From contig NMRA01000001.1 of assembly GCA_002633005.1 (NCBI GenBank), positions 376,625 through 440,624 on the forward strand: a DNA stretch of 64,000 bases. The letters are read 5' to 3'. The notes under the pieces are model-generated. The model was not told the DNA's origin and ran no database searches. It worked only from the letters and a program-made list of their open reading frames with translations. Origin of the DNA: Phoronis australis. Its lineage: Eukaryota; Animalia; Phoronida. This document shows positions 23,809 to 36,644 of the stretch, in pieces. Made by a program: the position numbers and the translations under genes. Within the stretch, counting starts at the first letter, position 1. Every line of letters starts with the position of its first letter.

Positions 23809-24204
23809 GTAATATGATGACAGTCATGTATTAGTGCCAAATAGTGTGTGCATAAACCGTGTCAACATGGGACAGCGTGTGGCATTTTTTGATTCTGTTC
23901 TGAAAAGTGTTCAGGATCCAACTTACTGTAAATTGTTCCAACACTTGCCATTAGGAGGCAGTAGCAGTCAGTGATCCCATTTGAACATTCCTAATTTGTT
24001 CTTCGCGTATTAGCGGAAATTGGCATTTTGAGCCATCACCTTACAGAAACCTGTCGAGGGTTTCCCATAGGCTCAAATCAGTGTTCAGTTCACTGGGTCC
24101 TGGTGTGACGCTTAAATAGACCAGTTGCACCACAAGTTGCGCCACCTGGTGTATCTCTTATCGAGTGTTTTGACCGTGAGCTAACGCTCTTGTGCCTCTT
24201 GCAG

Positions 24205-24344
24205 CATGGTCCACCACATATAGCTAACTTAGTGTCTCCTGGCGGCCCGCTTGCTCCACCCTCCTCCCAGCACCCCCAACAACAGCAGTCCTCTCCAGGG
24301 GGCTACAGTAACCGGCCCCCTCCACCTCCACCTGAAGAGAACAG
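24205..24344 (+). CDS. KHDC4: KHDC4 exon 18
   Basis: HGPPHIANLV... (cf. HGPIHMTNL); gcag|..|gtaaga. Confidence 0.9.
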
Positions 24345-24984
24345 GTAAGATAAGATGATAGTGTACCTGTGAATAACACTTGCTGAGTGATGTAATAAAA
24401 TATCACATTTGCTATGACAAGTGCACATTTTGAAATGAACTGTTGTCAGTGATTAAAAAGGTGTTGATTGCCTCACTGTCTACAGTATTAGTAAGCTAGT
24501 CAAACTATTGGGCTGGAAAGTACCCTTACCACACATGGCAGAAAACTCTTACCATGCACAAAAACCCTTTCCATGCAACATGAACTCCAACCACACCCAG
24601 ACACCTTACCATGGGCGTCATAGGATAAGTGGCCGTAAAAACAATATACAGAAACTTTTGGATTCTGTGGTAATGGTGTTCTGTCTGTGGTAAAGGTTTT
24701 TACTGTGGTGAGACTGCACAACCATGGTGGCTGCTGGTTTCTACCCTCTGATCAGGAGAAAGTAAATCTTATTATTTGTGTTGAGTTAGCATCATTTAAT
24801 GCATGGGTTGTTAAAATGTTCTGCCTACGTAATGGAATGCCACCTGAGAAGGGCTGATACCCATTCTTGTTGGAGTAGATAGTTATGTAATATTATGCAA
24901 CTACGTTTCATTTTTATTGGGTAATCCCCAATGATGTTTGAGTGACTATTGCGTGTCTTCTCTACTGTGTCATGCACCCTACAG

Positions 24985-25136
24985 GACGTCACCTGGCTTT
25001 GCCCGAAACGACGCCACGCTCATGCCCCCTCCGCCAGCACCACCTGTGTCTATGGTCGACGATAGTAGGCGACTAATGCCGCCTCCTGGTGAGCCTGACA
25101 GGAAACGCATCAAGCCTAGTCTCCGAGGCATTACAG
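24985..25136 (+). CDS. KHDC4: KHDC4 exon 19
   Basis: TSPGFARNDATLMPPPP...RRLMPPPGEPDRKRIK; acag|..|gtaaac. Confidence 0.88.
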
Positions 25137-25497
25137 GTAAACACTGTTAGAAATGATCATGTCTTGTTTAGTTAAAATGTGCTCGTTTTTGTGTATAGTA
25201 TTTTTGTAAATAGATAATGGGTTTGAAATTCTGGATATTAGTTATGTTCAGTACGTGATGCACAGCAGAAAGCAGGTCTTTGACTGATCCCAAGATTTTT
25301 CATGTTTAACAGTAAACAGTTGTTCTGTCCTGAGACAATGGAGCAAATTGTAAAGTTTACCTATTGTGAGGTGATCGGTCATGTAGCCTCACCTTCAGGT
25401 GATCAGTGCAATGGGCCCGGTCGTGTAGCCTCTGCGTGTTTGGTGCACTGTGAATGGCATCAGGCCACATGCCTACTTTTTTCATCTGACCTTGTAG

Positions 25498-25835
25498 CCT
25501 ACGGCTCAGACGACGAGGAAGATGGCGTCGATGTGGCGTCCAGTGTTAAGCAGCACCAACAGGATGTGGCCAAATATTGCTACAACCAATACTCTGGCAA
25601 GCCTCAGCTCTATGGCCAATCAGTGTCGCCACCAACGGCTCCATCACCGCAGTTCCCCAATCATCACCAACAGAGGTCACCGCCAGCTGGCTATGACAAC
25701 CCTGCTGCTCAAATCCCTGGCCATTACGCTGTGCCGCAGTCAACACCACATGGTCATGAATCGCAATATGGCCGACAGAGTCCGCAGTTTCATTCACCAC
25801 CACCAGGGGCACCATTTTGGATGGCACCTAAATGA
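25498..25835 (+). CDS. KHDC4: KHDC4 last coding exon
   Basis: AYGSDDEED...PFWMAPK-stop; ttgtag| acceptor gives the correct phase. Confidence 0.9.
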
Positions 25836-27725
25836 GGTGTCGATGTGGTCTAGGAGTTTATTGTACCTTGCAGGGCAGAAGGTTTATTGGATGTTTTTCA
25901 AAGAAAATATGAAAAAGTGTTGGAGTTATAGCAGTGATGAAGTGAGTGACTTTTCTGGGAGCCCTATGAGGGTGTAAGACTATTGTTTGAACTCTTGAAA
26001 ATGACGATTGAAGGAATCTGAAGACAACGGACTTAAAATCAGAAAGTAATCTTTCATCATGGAGTTCTCACCATGTCATGATGGCGAACTTAAAAGACTC
26101 AATGATGCCTAATTTCCTTATCATGATGTGTTTAGAAATGTAATATATTATCCTTGGCTGAAATGACAGAAATTTACAAGAGCCTCAACAAGATGAAAAC
26201 ATTCTCTTATTGGGGTTTATATTAGGGTTTAGCCGGGTATTTTCCAGTAATTTCTGTTTCTTAGTGGAATTAGACACAATGATGGGGAAAACAAGTATGT
26301 TTTCTACCTTGTGGAGCTTGGGTGGATTGAGGCCTTGTCAATGTAGTGAGGCATATTGCTGAAAACAGCTTTGGAGCCAGGACATGAAATGCCTGCTGTT
26401 GATAGCTAGCCCTTTGTTGTTTCTGCGGACTAGCCCTTTGTTATCGAAGTCAGTTCTGTAGACTCTGTTACTTTTCTATTCCAAGAACAAAACTGGGGAG
26501 ATCTCATAGAGCAACATCAAACGTTTACGGACCACACAATGCAGTTCCTGCATTCAACAGGATGTCTTTGTGAAGCTTTGTGGTTTAAGTTTGAAACAAA
26601 TCTTGTCTTTGATCTTGCAGATCTGAAACTTGTTCGGCTTTAAGCTGGACTTAAGCTCCAACTTGCAAAAATGTTCCTCAGAGGCAGAGCCTGCCTTTTG
26701 ACTGTGCCCCTGAGGCTTTTTTGCTTCTGTTAGTTTGTGTAACTAATTAAGATCACCTGTTTCTGAGTTTAGCTTTTGTGGAAAAGTTACTTCTACATGG
26801 AATGAAATGAAGACTTTTTAAACAGTTTCTGTGCTGTCATGTTAATCCTGAATATTTCAAGTTACTGTGATAGTCAGATTCTGTTCAACATAACTACTGT
26901 TACTAAGTGAAGACCTGAAGAAGTTTTCCTGCAGGCTTTTATATGTGTCTGTTGCTGTGCAGGTCTATTTTTAGTCATTTGTTATTTATTTTTGTTATGT
27001 TTATGTACAGAGTACCTCTGTTTTGGTTGACAGGTCTTCTCGTGAAAAATGTTTCTATACAGTAAGGTTGATCCCTCTGACCTGGTAGGCAGAAATAGCT
27101 TTGTTTCCAAGAAATGAACATTTTTATAGGAATCAGATAACAGTACAAATTATGTACGCTTATATCAGACCCCAAGCACACATGCGTGATCTGGTCACAT
27201 TATTCTGATGCTTTGTGGGAAAACTTGGCCTCGTACAAAATGGCATGTTGGTTGGAGTCCAAGTGATCCGTCCGTCTCCTGTTGACTTTTAGGCTGGTCA
27301 GTCACTTGCTTCTTACTAAAGGAGTTCGCTGAGAACAAACTTATCAGTCTCTATGTCTGTATGTGTGACTGGGCCTTGCACGTAAACATCTTAGTAGTAC
27401 TGTGTTTACATGTTAAAAAGATATATAATTCACAGCTGTGTGAAAACTGTGCAGGTGTGAACACAGTATAGTGGGACTTGTAGATAATGGTTTTTGAATA
27501 CCAGTGGCAGGTGTTTGTACCTACATCAGTCAAATTTTGGTATTTCAACTATCTGCTGTTTATGTATGTTTGAACTGTTAGTTCTTGGGGAAAGTGAAGT
27601 TGATTGCTAATCACAAATAAGAACTTTTTTCACATACTGTGTATGATATTGAAGTTCCATGTATTCTGGAAAGAGGCTGTGAAATTAAGGTTTCCATGGT
27701 GACACTGCAATTTTTGTCAGCCGGA

Positions 27726-27731
27726 AATAAA
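27726..27731 (+). terminator. Candidate KHDC4 polyadenylation signal (3' UTR ~1.9 kb)
   Basis: AATAAA followed by T-rich sequence. Confidence 0.45.
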
Positions 27732-28456
27732 TAATTGTTTAATACATTAGTTTTCATTCTTCAAGTTGTGCCACAGTACAAACAAAAGGAATTAGAATTT
27801 TTGTTATGACAGCTCATCCACCTAAATTCCGCAAACCCTAAACGTTGCTGTGAGGAATCTTTGCTTATGGGAGGGAAACGATGAATCCTTTCTCATAATT
27901 CAATATGCCAATCTCACTGACCACTGACAGCAGCAGGGTGTGTTAGTTCGTTCCGTAGCATACTCGGGGAGGGAATGCTCGTGAATCTTGGCTTTTTCGT
28001 TAGGTTGTTGCGTCAGTGGAACACAGCCCAGAATTAAGTGCCATAGTACATGTAGCCATGAGTAAAGCAAAGGAATGTGACGGGAATGTAACTTTGTGGA
28101 AATCGCCGCTTAGAATAACCAGACAAAAAAGGAAAATTTTCCAGATGATGTATCATTCCGCAAATAAATGAGATCGTGTATTGTGTAAAATTTAACTGAT
28201 AGAAATGAACATTTTTCACAAAAGTCAAAAAATGATATCAAAGAAGGAAACACCGAAACCAAAAAGGACAAAAACCTTTTAAAAGAGGAAAATTCCAACC
28301 CGTGGGAAGGACTCTAGTTGATACTACACTACGTGCGTGGAAACCTGAACCATCCAGACTTGGAAACACCGTTGTGTCCTGTTTTTGTGCAATGTAAAAT
28401 GCAAGTCGGTGCACATTAAAACAAAAGCTGGATTCGTTAAAAACTCTGTATGACAT

Positions 28457-28462
28457 TTTATT
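28457..28462 (-). terminator. Candidate Nav2 polyadenylation signal (3' UTR ~2.9 kb)
   Basis: Minus-strand TGTAAATAAA with U-rich sequence further downstream. Confidence 0.45.
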
Positions 28463-28715
28463 TACAAATCTGCTAGTCAAACAAGTGATTATTAGATCAA
28501 TACCACGGTGCATAGTAATAGTAATAATAACTATCCAAGTAGCAAACAATGAATATCCTTTCAAACATAACAGATGGCATCCATAATTGTAATTAAAGTT
28601 TGCTAATGGTGCTGCTTAGGTTACACAAAAACACAGTCTCTTCAGAGTCCTTACAACAAGCTTGGGTTGGTCTTCGTTGCAAGGAGTGTTTAAAAATGAT
28701 TTATTTTAGTAACTC

Positions 28716-28957
28716 TTAAAGTTATATTGAGCGCAGCTATGGTGAGTCAAAAACGGCAAATTTTAAAGCCAGTTAAACTAAGAATGATTAGCAATTAATT
28801 CGGATGAAACTAATCTCCATTTCTGCACTAAAACCACAAAAAGAAGTCCCAACAGGCCTTATTTCTGTTTTCACTGCAATCACACTAGTCATAGATTCAT
28901 GCAGGATGTCCCAAGGTAATAAACATGTTACTTAAACAACGCTCAATATAACTTTAA
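28716..28957. mobile_element. MITE with TTAA target-site duplication (Kolobok-like ends)
   Basis: TTAA|AGTTATATTGAGCG ... CGCTCAATATAACT|TTAA: perfect 14-bp TIR plus TTAA on both sides; 234-bp body. Confidence 0.8.
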
Positions 28958-31332
28958 TACTTGGTGGCAGAAATATTACACTCACTTAACTTTACTCCAG
29001 GATATGTACACTGATTGTAACATTTGTTTGTTTAAACCTATATAGCCCTTAACATAATGAGCTTTTTAGCTAAGAGTGGACATTTTTACATTCACTGCTG
29101 TTAGCAAAATGACCTGTACGCATAAGAAGGGAAATCTTTGTTGCAAAGTAAGTCGTCAAAAGGTGATATTGTAAGAATAACTCAAAAGCACAGTAATTAT
29201 TTGCAGCGTTCTCCAAAGTGCTACCATTATATCTTTACAAGTACTCCTCCATTATACACGTACACGCCAATTTTGCTAAAATTGCCAACTCGTACTCAAA
29301 TCAAAAGTTTTGACTTCAAAGACAGCGTTGTCGGTTAAATGCGCCACGTTGTGCACTTACTATATCATTATGGGGTTCAGCAGATAGTGTTTAGATACAG
29401 GCTGAACGGCTCAAAGCTCAAAACGCTGAGAAACGTGTTTCAAAGCTTAAACACACCCTGTGAACTTTTCAATACTGGTTGTTTCAGAAATGAAACAAAG
29501 ATAATCACAAACAGGGAACTACAAAAAGAATACAATACTGAGCCTTTTTTGAAAAGGCGTTAACATTTTGGCCGATTCCATTACAACTCGGTCCAATGCC
29601 GCACATACAAGTCTATAATTTTTGTCAAATACGGACAACAATTATATCGATATTTTACATGATCTGTTTCGCATGCAACGGCTAGAGTGGTCAACCCTAA
29701 TGTATAAAGATAGTATAGTGTTACTAAGTGTAAACATATCAACTTATAAATAAAGGACAACAATGGGAAATAAAAACTTAATTGGAGCATGCTTTAAATA
29801 CATTATAAAAATATCACAGACTCACTGGTGTCATTTAACTCTTACACAAGAGAAATCTTTGGCTTATCATTTAAATAGTTAATGTTAATATGTTGCAATC
29901 TGACATGGATTACTATCTTCAAGTACACAGGTAAGAAAATCAGATTATGCAATACAGCGTATACCTGTAGTGGAGCTGTGTATACCTGTAGTGGACTGAG
30001 CTTCATAAGTTTTAAAATTTTTAAATCACCAGAGTTTCCAAAACTGAAACACCTTGAATTTGTAAACAATGTTATCACTACAACAGGCAAGCAGACAAGT
30101 AAGAATATCTTTCGGTAAAACAGAAAATAATTTAAAAGCAATCAATAATTTACCGCTTAAAATCAGCACGAAACAACAATTTCCAGGAAACTCCCACCGT
30201 AGAAAAGAATTTATTCAAATTTACGCAAATACACATTCCGTCACACCACTAACGCTGATTGCCATGGTGACTAAAAGGTGATTGAAACCTTATAAACAAT
30301 TTAGAGACAATAATAACAAAAAGTGTGCAAATCCAGACTCGGGTTCTCCCCAGCTGGACACTGGATAAACACAGGATAGCTTTTGATTCTGTCACCATGG
30401 CAGAATGCAAATGAGTCGGAGGTCTGTAACTATTGGAAACTGATCTGTATGATTGTGCGTAAGATAATGAAATGACTTTGGATTGTTTGGTCAGTGTCGT
30501 CTGGTGCACATACAGATAGAGAGGAGTGAGCTAGCACACTTGACATATAACTCAGTAATGTGTGTAAACAGGAGTCACTCACTGAAATATTGACGTACAA
30601 TAATCTGCGTATAACATGCTACAGTAAATAATTGGGGATACAGCCATTTATTTGGCTGCATTCGAATTTGTGCTGTCAAGTCAAAGTGTTGCCATTATTA
30701 CTTCAAACACAGTTTGTGTTTATTGACACATTACGGGCAAATTAGGAGAAAGTGGGGATAGAGAGACACTATTCTCACGTCACGCCCCATCATTCCCCAC
30801 TTTCCCCTAAACTAAATGCATTCCTCAAACATCTAGTACTATTCACCCAATGAGATTCTACACAAAATCCAGCAAGACAGTGGTGATCGTCTTTGGGATG
30901 TACATAATTAATACAGCTCTGCTGGTATTGTCACATATGCAAGTGTCTTTTGACGTTGTCCCATCGCAGATATATCCTTGGCGCTGTCTCATTCAAGTTC
31001 TCACGTTTTCTACAGTTTCCAGCCATGCACAGCCACAGTGAACAAGGAAGTCCATCTTCAGATGCATTGTGGGTTGTACCGCTGACACATTTGGCATCTG
31101 AATGGCAATTGGCACAACTTAACTTGTACCATTTTTTTCCATTTTGAGTCACGTACATTTGATAGATGACTTATTGTACCCTATCTACGCAAAACCACAA
31201 TGCCTCAAATTTCCCTTGAAACACATAAAGGGATGATGTTACTCCACACACAAACAACCTTGAAGATTCCATCACTTTAGGTCAATCAAGGTTAATCAAG
31301 GTCACAGGTGTTAACCACCACACTTCTCCCCT

Positions 31333-32495
31333 CTATCCATCGGACAGACTCGTTATGGAGTTGCGATGTGAGTTGGCGCCGGGCACTGTCAACGTGTTTC
31401 CCGCGGGACTGCGTGGGGTGTGCGACGCCGTCGACCGCACGGATATTGCACTGCCATTTCTTGAATCCGACGAAGTGCTCCTCGTCCGACTCAGCTCCAG
31501 CGCCATCTCTGAGATCTGCTTCATGTTCTTCTGAATCTTATGACGACGCCACGATCGCTGCAGCGTCTTGGCGGCTACATCCTCTTTCTTACGTTGCATT
31601 GTGGTCGATTTAATGACAGTATTGACACGTGTCGGGAACGCCTCACGGAACTTGTCCTCCATCTGAGTCTTCAATTCTTTGAACTCATCGCTCTCTTCAA
31701 CCTCCCCTAGAACTTTCTTAATCAACGCCACCAGTACGTCCAGACAGTGCAGTTTGTCTCCCTCTACGATGGGCAGATTAAAAGCCACCAACGCGATTTC
31801 ATTTGGCTTCGGTATACCTAATGGGTCATCCAGTTCGTGCACAAATGACGACAGCTGGTCGTACTTGATGAACTGGGTGGCATGGGGGTCAAACCGCTCC
31901 CAGACCACGTAGAACATATCAAAGTCGTCCTCTGTGATTCCAATTTCTTCCTGCTCATGAGCTTGATTGAAGTTCTCAAGAATAATGGCAATGTACATGT
32001 TGATGATAATCATGAAAGTTATCAATATATAGATCATCAGGAATGGGATGGCCAGGTAATTACCGCAGTCTCCGCCATCGCTCTCCACTTTAGTGCCGTT
32101 GGGTAGTGTCTTGAAATTAGGGTCACAGTCCGGCTCGGAGATCAAGAGTGGGTCGAGCACCTCATTCCAGCCGGCAGCCGTCGCAATGCGGAACAACAGC
32201 ACCATGCTGTTAGGGAACGTCTCAAAGTTGACGATCTCGTTGAAGAAGATGCCGTCTTTCTTGACATCGGAGAACAAAGCCATGCCAATGATGGAGAATA
32301 CGAACATGAAAAGAATCAGGAGTGAAGCAATATTGACAAGCGCCGGCAGCGAGATGAAGAGGGCGAAGAGCAGCTTGCGGATTCCCTTGGCCGCTTTGAT
32401 CAGACGTAAGACGCGACCAATTCGGAACACTCGTACAACGCGTAGCAGTGTTGGCGTGATGAAAACATTCGTTAGAAGGTCAGCCAGAATAACTC
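31333..32495 (-). CDS. Nav2: Nav2 last exon: DIV S3-S6 and C-terminus
   Basis: ttcag|GA GTT ATT CTG...; RIATAAGW; EF-hand-like and IQ-like motifs; TAG at 31333. Confidence 0.96.
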
Positions 32496-33690
32496 CTGAA
32501 ATGGAGGACAGAAAATGTCACTGTGATTGGCTGGCACAATAATTCCATGGTGTTGGTGTATAACATAAGTGCTGAATCATTGTGTAAATTATCAGGTGCA
32601 AAAACAAATCAATAAGTAAATAAAATCAAAGAGTGACTCAAAAGATGTGCCCATCAAATTACATATGGCGTGTAACAAGACTAATTACACTTAATTACAT
32701 AATTTCAATACATTGATTTATAACTGTTTAACTTAAATTCATTATTTTTACTGGGGCTCATTTAAACTTCAGTCTATTGAAGATTTTTGCACAAAGTTTT
32801 AACCAAAAGAAACAGTTTGAATTGTATTTTTGTTTTTTCCAAAAGAATTAAATTTCAGTAATTTGCACAAATTTTGTAATAAAAAAGCTACAAAACTAGA
32901 AAAATAGAATCTTCTTATAAATTTAGTTGCTCTTAAAGGGTGGTTTAAAATTACTTATTTATATCTAATGCCAAATTTAAGAAATGTGGTTGGAAAACAC
33001 ACATGTGGAAGCCTCACATAAAATTACTTTTTTATGAGCATGTCTTTGAAAATTAAAATATCAGCTGAAGATAAACAACCTTGAAGAAGAACTAGTGACA
33101 AATCCAAAAGCTTACAAAACAAAATCACGTTGTCTCTTGACCAACAAGTATTCATGGTTCTATATCATGAAGCATTACCACAAACATTAATTTCCATAAT
33201 AAGCTACTTAACGAGTTTGAACAACAAATAAAACAACTTAAGGTATTGTTAGGAAATTTGTTAATCATTTAACTGATGGCTCGCTCGAAATGGGCTTGAC
33301 TACATAAACAGCGCACAACAGTTTTCAAAAAATATCTTTTTGGTTAAATATCAGAGGAGTTCTGGAGCAAAACATTTCGACCAGTTTTCAAAACGATTCA
33401 GCGTTATTTTGCGACTGGTATTCTGAGGTAATCTACCACAACATCCATGAAACTACAAATTTTTGGAGATACGGTTTATGAAAGGTACCGAACATGAAAG
33501 TGGCAAAGAGTATGAAACAGTAGAAATACCAGAGTCACTACACCCAAGTAACCATCCACAGAAACAGTTTGGCAACACATCAAATAAATAATAACAAATA
33601 AATTATAACAAGAAGGCGCTTTGGATAAATTATACGTAATCAATAGAATAACAGCCTCATCTGAGGAAGTCAAGTTGACCACTCAATTAC

Positions 33691-33711
33691 CTCCCACAGT
33701 CAAGAAGATGT
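33691..33711 (-). CDS. Nav2: Candidate optional 21-nt micro-exon in DIV S3 (DIFLTVG)
   Basis: ttctaat branch-like motif, T-tract, ccag| 21 nt |gtaatt; phase 1-1, in frame. Confidence 0.45.
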
Positions 33712-35109
33712 CTGGTGTTGAAAAATCAAAATTAAAATTAGAAATTTTACATTACTTGCCACATTGTGACCACAATGATGTAATAAATAACAATAACTAA
33801 ACCATCACCTATACTCTTTTAAGAGTAAAACACCTTCTCTGCTTTTTATCATTCTATTTGTTGGTTTAATACAGAATGTTCATCTACGATTGTTTGAAAA
33901 CTTGCATCAATGTTTTTATCTTTCTCATGCCTAGAGACATAAGTGGAGACCCCTGGTGGCTAAAAAGATGAGTCGCAGGTATACTCATCATTGCCAATTG
34001 ACTTCCAACTTAAAATTGCACCAACCTTCAACAGAGGACTCTTATATAGCAAATTCTCAAAACAGCCCCTAGGTTGTGTACTCGGTTTTATGGAAGTTAA
34101 GGTTTTTTTAACGAACCAGAATATCTGAACTTTGTTCAAATCCCCAACACTCCACATCCCAGGGGGTTACCCCACTGGAGGGGTAGGTAGAGGTGTGCCC
34201 GCAATTTGAGAGAGACTACCTTCTTTCGGATACCGTTCAGCAATAGTAGGTAAAACGTGTGGTACACACGCAAGATTGATCACAAGTAAAAAGTCCAAGT
34301 CAAGTGATCAGGCAAACTTATGGTACCTCCCCTCCATTTCATAGAAGGGTACCTCCCCTCCATTTCATAAAAGAGAAACCCCCCCCCCCAAGCATGACAT
34401 GTTCAGCATTCAAGACATTCAAAGCCAGCGGGTCATATTACGGGTCATGTGACAACAAAAATATGCTATGTCAATCACATGTAACTAACGGCAACAGAGG
34501 GAGGGGACAGAACATTTATGAGAGCTTTGGGGATACGTTACTGGCTCTGTACAGAAAATCCAGGGTAATATCTGTGGTCATCAAATAAATCGAGTAATCA
34601 GGATTAACCCACACAACTGTAAAACATTATTTTTGGTGTAAAACAATTGGATTTTTGAGAAATTCCATTTCTATGAATATTGTAGACTTCGAAGCAGTTG
34701 CTTGTCAAATGGAACTTGAACAACTCAAAATTAAGTACAAAAAATATTTGCTATAATTCCTCACCTAGTTAGCACACACTATGGTGTACTTGAGTGAAAT
34801 TAATTTTTTCCACAAAAACAAAGATTACAAAAATTAAATCCATTACAAGCTCAGTTTGTGCAGTAAATATGTCATTAAGCGATATTTGATAAATTAAGCT
34901 CCCAGTATTTAGGCCTACAGCAAAGTGATCTTTTGAAAGACAGAAAAATAACAAGTTTGGCAAATTTCATTGCTGTAACAAATAAGTGAAAAATTAAGAG
35001 AACTTGACAAAACGCAAACATATTCTTGACCCCGCAGATTCAGTAACAATTCATTTTATCTCTGACAACTCTCAGCCCTCAATTCATTTAACGCGACTCG
35101 ATGACTCAC

Positions 35110-35380
35110 CAATCAACGATAGAACAACGACAATGAAGTCGAACACATTCCACGGCCGGCGAAAGTAGTGCAAGCGCAGCCCAATAATTTTAATGATGGC
35201 TTCGACGGTAAAGATGGCGGTGAAGCCGATGTTGATCTTCTCCAGGATGTCGGTGAAGTCAGGTGGCTCCCCATAGTGTTCAAACATCATCATCACCATA
35301 TTGATCAGGATACAGATGACGATGGTGATTTCAAACTTTGTACTGACGGCGATGTCAAAGAAGAAAGCCTGGAACTTGTT
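35110..35380 (-). CDS. Nav2: Nav2 exon: DIV S1-S3 (271 nt)
   Basis: NKFQAFFFD...PWNVFDFIVVVLSLI; gcag|..|gtgagt. Confidence 0.95.
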
Positions 35381-36359
35381 CTGCAAAAGCAAGGCCAACC
35401 AATTAGACATTTTATTTCGTCATTTCATTGGACATTTTAATATACATTCCATGCATACAAAGGAAGTGCGCAGATTCAAAGTTCTTATGAATTATTCAGT
35501 TCACTTTCCAAACAGATACTACCAAACTTGGCTAGGACTAGTCTTTCAAGAAAACTAGTTTCTAAATTACATTAGAACTTCTGAGCTGGGTAAACTTTTG
35601 AAAAAAAATGTGAGCTGGGTAAACTTTTGAAAAAAAAATGTGTGTGTGTTTACTGTAATTGAGTGCCAAGTCGTGGTTTGTGCTCAGAACCCTGACAGGC
35701 AATCAAAATCACTGGGACATTCAACTAGCTTACAATGTGTAGTGTTCATGAAGAATATGTCAATCCTCTAACTGAACAAACTGAGCCAAACAGAAAGCCG
35801 GGGGAAAGCGTATTTGATCGAGGGGTACCACGCAACGACCACTGCAAGATAGGGCCATAGTGTCACTAGCTCCACCTATGGTGAGTTTTGACTTCCCTAC
35901 TTGTAACGATTACTAAGCTATGGATACACATACTAAATCACACTAAGGGTTCAAAAATCCTACGTAAGTCACTAAAGCACTCTTAAGTACAAACCTCCGC
36001 ACTTTGTACATTCAATACATTGGTACCACAAAAATACACTAACATTAAATTATCATATATTAACTCAGTAAACAATATTCAGGGGCGTGTTTTACCAAAC
36101 GGTAATACGCTCACACATTTCCACGATGGTCATGTGATTACAGAAGCAAAATAGTATTGCATTTTTAAAACAAAATTTACATATTGTGACTGGCGTAAAA
36201 TCTGAATATTCCAAATTCACTCCTTTACAGCCATTTTTGTAAATGACATATTTAATTAACGGTTATGAGATTTGCGCCAAAAAATCAAAGGCTTTGGTAT
36301 GTTGTAAGCTATGACAAGGCGTGCAATCTTTGATTAATTGTGGCCCTGAATACAAAAAA

Positions 36360-36644
36360 TTAGCCGTACTCACAGGAGCACTTTAAAATGTTTTAGCTTG
36401 ACCATCAAGTTATCAAATCACATACAATTTATCATGTGAAGCTGGAACTTTTTAACATGTCAATGAAAGAGGAAAAGTGCTCATGTGCCGAATATTGTCA
36501 CATTGCAGAAACACTTGTCATTATTAACATGTGGTACAACATCTGGCAGCAGGCGTTCAATTGTTCGCAGCGGAGACAGAATGCAAAGCTAAAATGTTCT
36601 AGCTAAAACTTTATAAATATGTAGGGTCATGTGAATACGGCTAA
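36360..36644. mobile_element. MITE, PIF/Harbinger-like
   Basis: TTAGCCGTACTCACA ... TGTGAATACGGCTAA (14/15 inverted match, TTA/TAA flanks), plus subterminal GTTTTAGCT/AGCTAAAAC. Confidence 0.65.

Larger units (their letters stand above)
2309..25835 (+). other. KHDC4: KHDC4 (BLOM7/KIAA0907) gene span, 20 coding exons, ~988 aa KH-domain pre-mRNA splicing factor
   Basis: Spliced translation contains KHDC4 hallmarks: [132 protein letters not shown] and terminal PFWMAPK. All introns are GT..AG with consistent phases; summed CDS is 2967 nt. Confidence 0.95.

Noticed and set aside
2326-25497. Intronic snoRNA/scaRNA (human KHDC4 hosts H/ACA RNAs); C/D-like GTGATGA..CTGA at 14941-14978; UGAG-loop stem at ~24831-24865
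   Set aside because: The C/D pair is only 38 nt apart and no convincing hairpin-H-hairpin-ACA layout was found by eye. An Infernal/Rfam scan would be needed to exclude them.
26865-29819. K-box (CTGTGATA) in both 3' UTRs and miR-8-type CAGTATT seeds in the Nav2 UTR
   Set aside because: 7-8-mers are expected by chance in kb-long AT-rich UTRs and conservation cannot be assessed here
35730-35775. Minus-strand RIDIFFMNT peptide between AG and GTAAGC, as a possible inactivation-linker exon
   Set aside because: 34 nt (frameshifting), other acceptors give stops, and it lacks the KKLG.KKP part
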